DNA of 63,411 nt, counting the filler, from Octopus bimaculoides (lineage: Eukaryota): the NCBI RefSeq assembly GCF_001194135.2. It is 4 parts of 4 records of this genome, joined end to end, with 100 filler letters (N's around TTAATTAATTAA, not from the genome) between each part and the next. Parts side by side here need not be neighbours in the genome. Positions count along the whole stretch, not along the records: positions 61,497 to 63,411 come from NC_069001.1; 3 more parts are not named here. One strand, written 5' to 3'. The translations under genes were made by a program, and so were the position numbers. This document shows positions 63,107-63,411 of the stretch, piece by piece; position 1 is the stretch's first letter; each line of letters starts with the position of its first letter. Below the pieces are notes generated by a model, which ran no database searches, was not told where the DNA came from, and saw nothing but the letters and a program-made list of their open reading frames with translations.

Positions 63107-63411
63107 AGAAGAAGATAGAAAATGGAAGTCTGAGTGACCGAGTGCAACAGAGAGAACGTAGTTGTATAAAAGTGTATTAGAATATCTTTGTAACATTAAG
63201 AACATAAGAGATGCCCAGAAACATAGGTGTTATGCAACAACAACAACAGCAACAACAATACTACTACTACTACTACTACTACTAATAATAATAATAATAT
63301 TAATAACGATAATAATAACAATAATAAGCGTTTAATCATACGGAGAAGATAAAGGTTTTTGTGAAGAAACCGTCTGTGGAAATGCCTGGAGACATCGTGG
63401 TAGATGGGGTG

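Overview
AT-rich, microsatellite-dense eukaryotic (animal) genomic DNA from a gapped draft assembly. The SINE families and repeat landscape resemble octopus/cephalopod DNA; this is my recognition, not a database match. Three identical 100-bp spacers (44 N + TTAATTAATTAA + 44 N) show the window is four joined pieces: 1-12658, 12759-40664, 40765-61396 and 61497-63411. Most of the sequence is decayed transposons: three tRNA-like SINE families; R4/Dong, Hero, Tx1/L1, RTE and CR1 LINE fragments; a Penelope GIY-YIG fragment; a Ty3/Gypsy relic and a solo LTR; mariner, pogo, maT and hAT DNA transposons; and several palindromic MITEs. The only well-supported host coding sequence is a minus-strand pair of exons (10573-10648 and 8834-9167) that splice in phase into a transmembrane helix, a basic stop-transfer cluster and a Tyr-motif cytoplasmic tail of an unidentified single-pass membrane protein; the ORF track largely misses it. 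The most notable non-coding signals are Penelope-type minimal hammerhead ribozyme motifs: one with an intact core at 5832-5876 (+) and two with altered cores on the minus strand. No rRNA, intact tRNA or CRISPR was seen.
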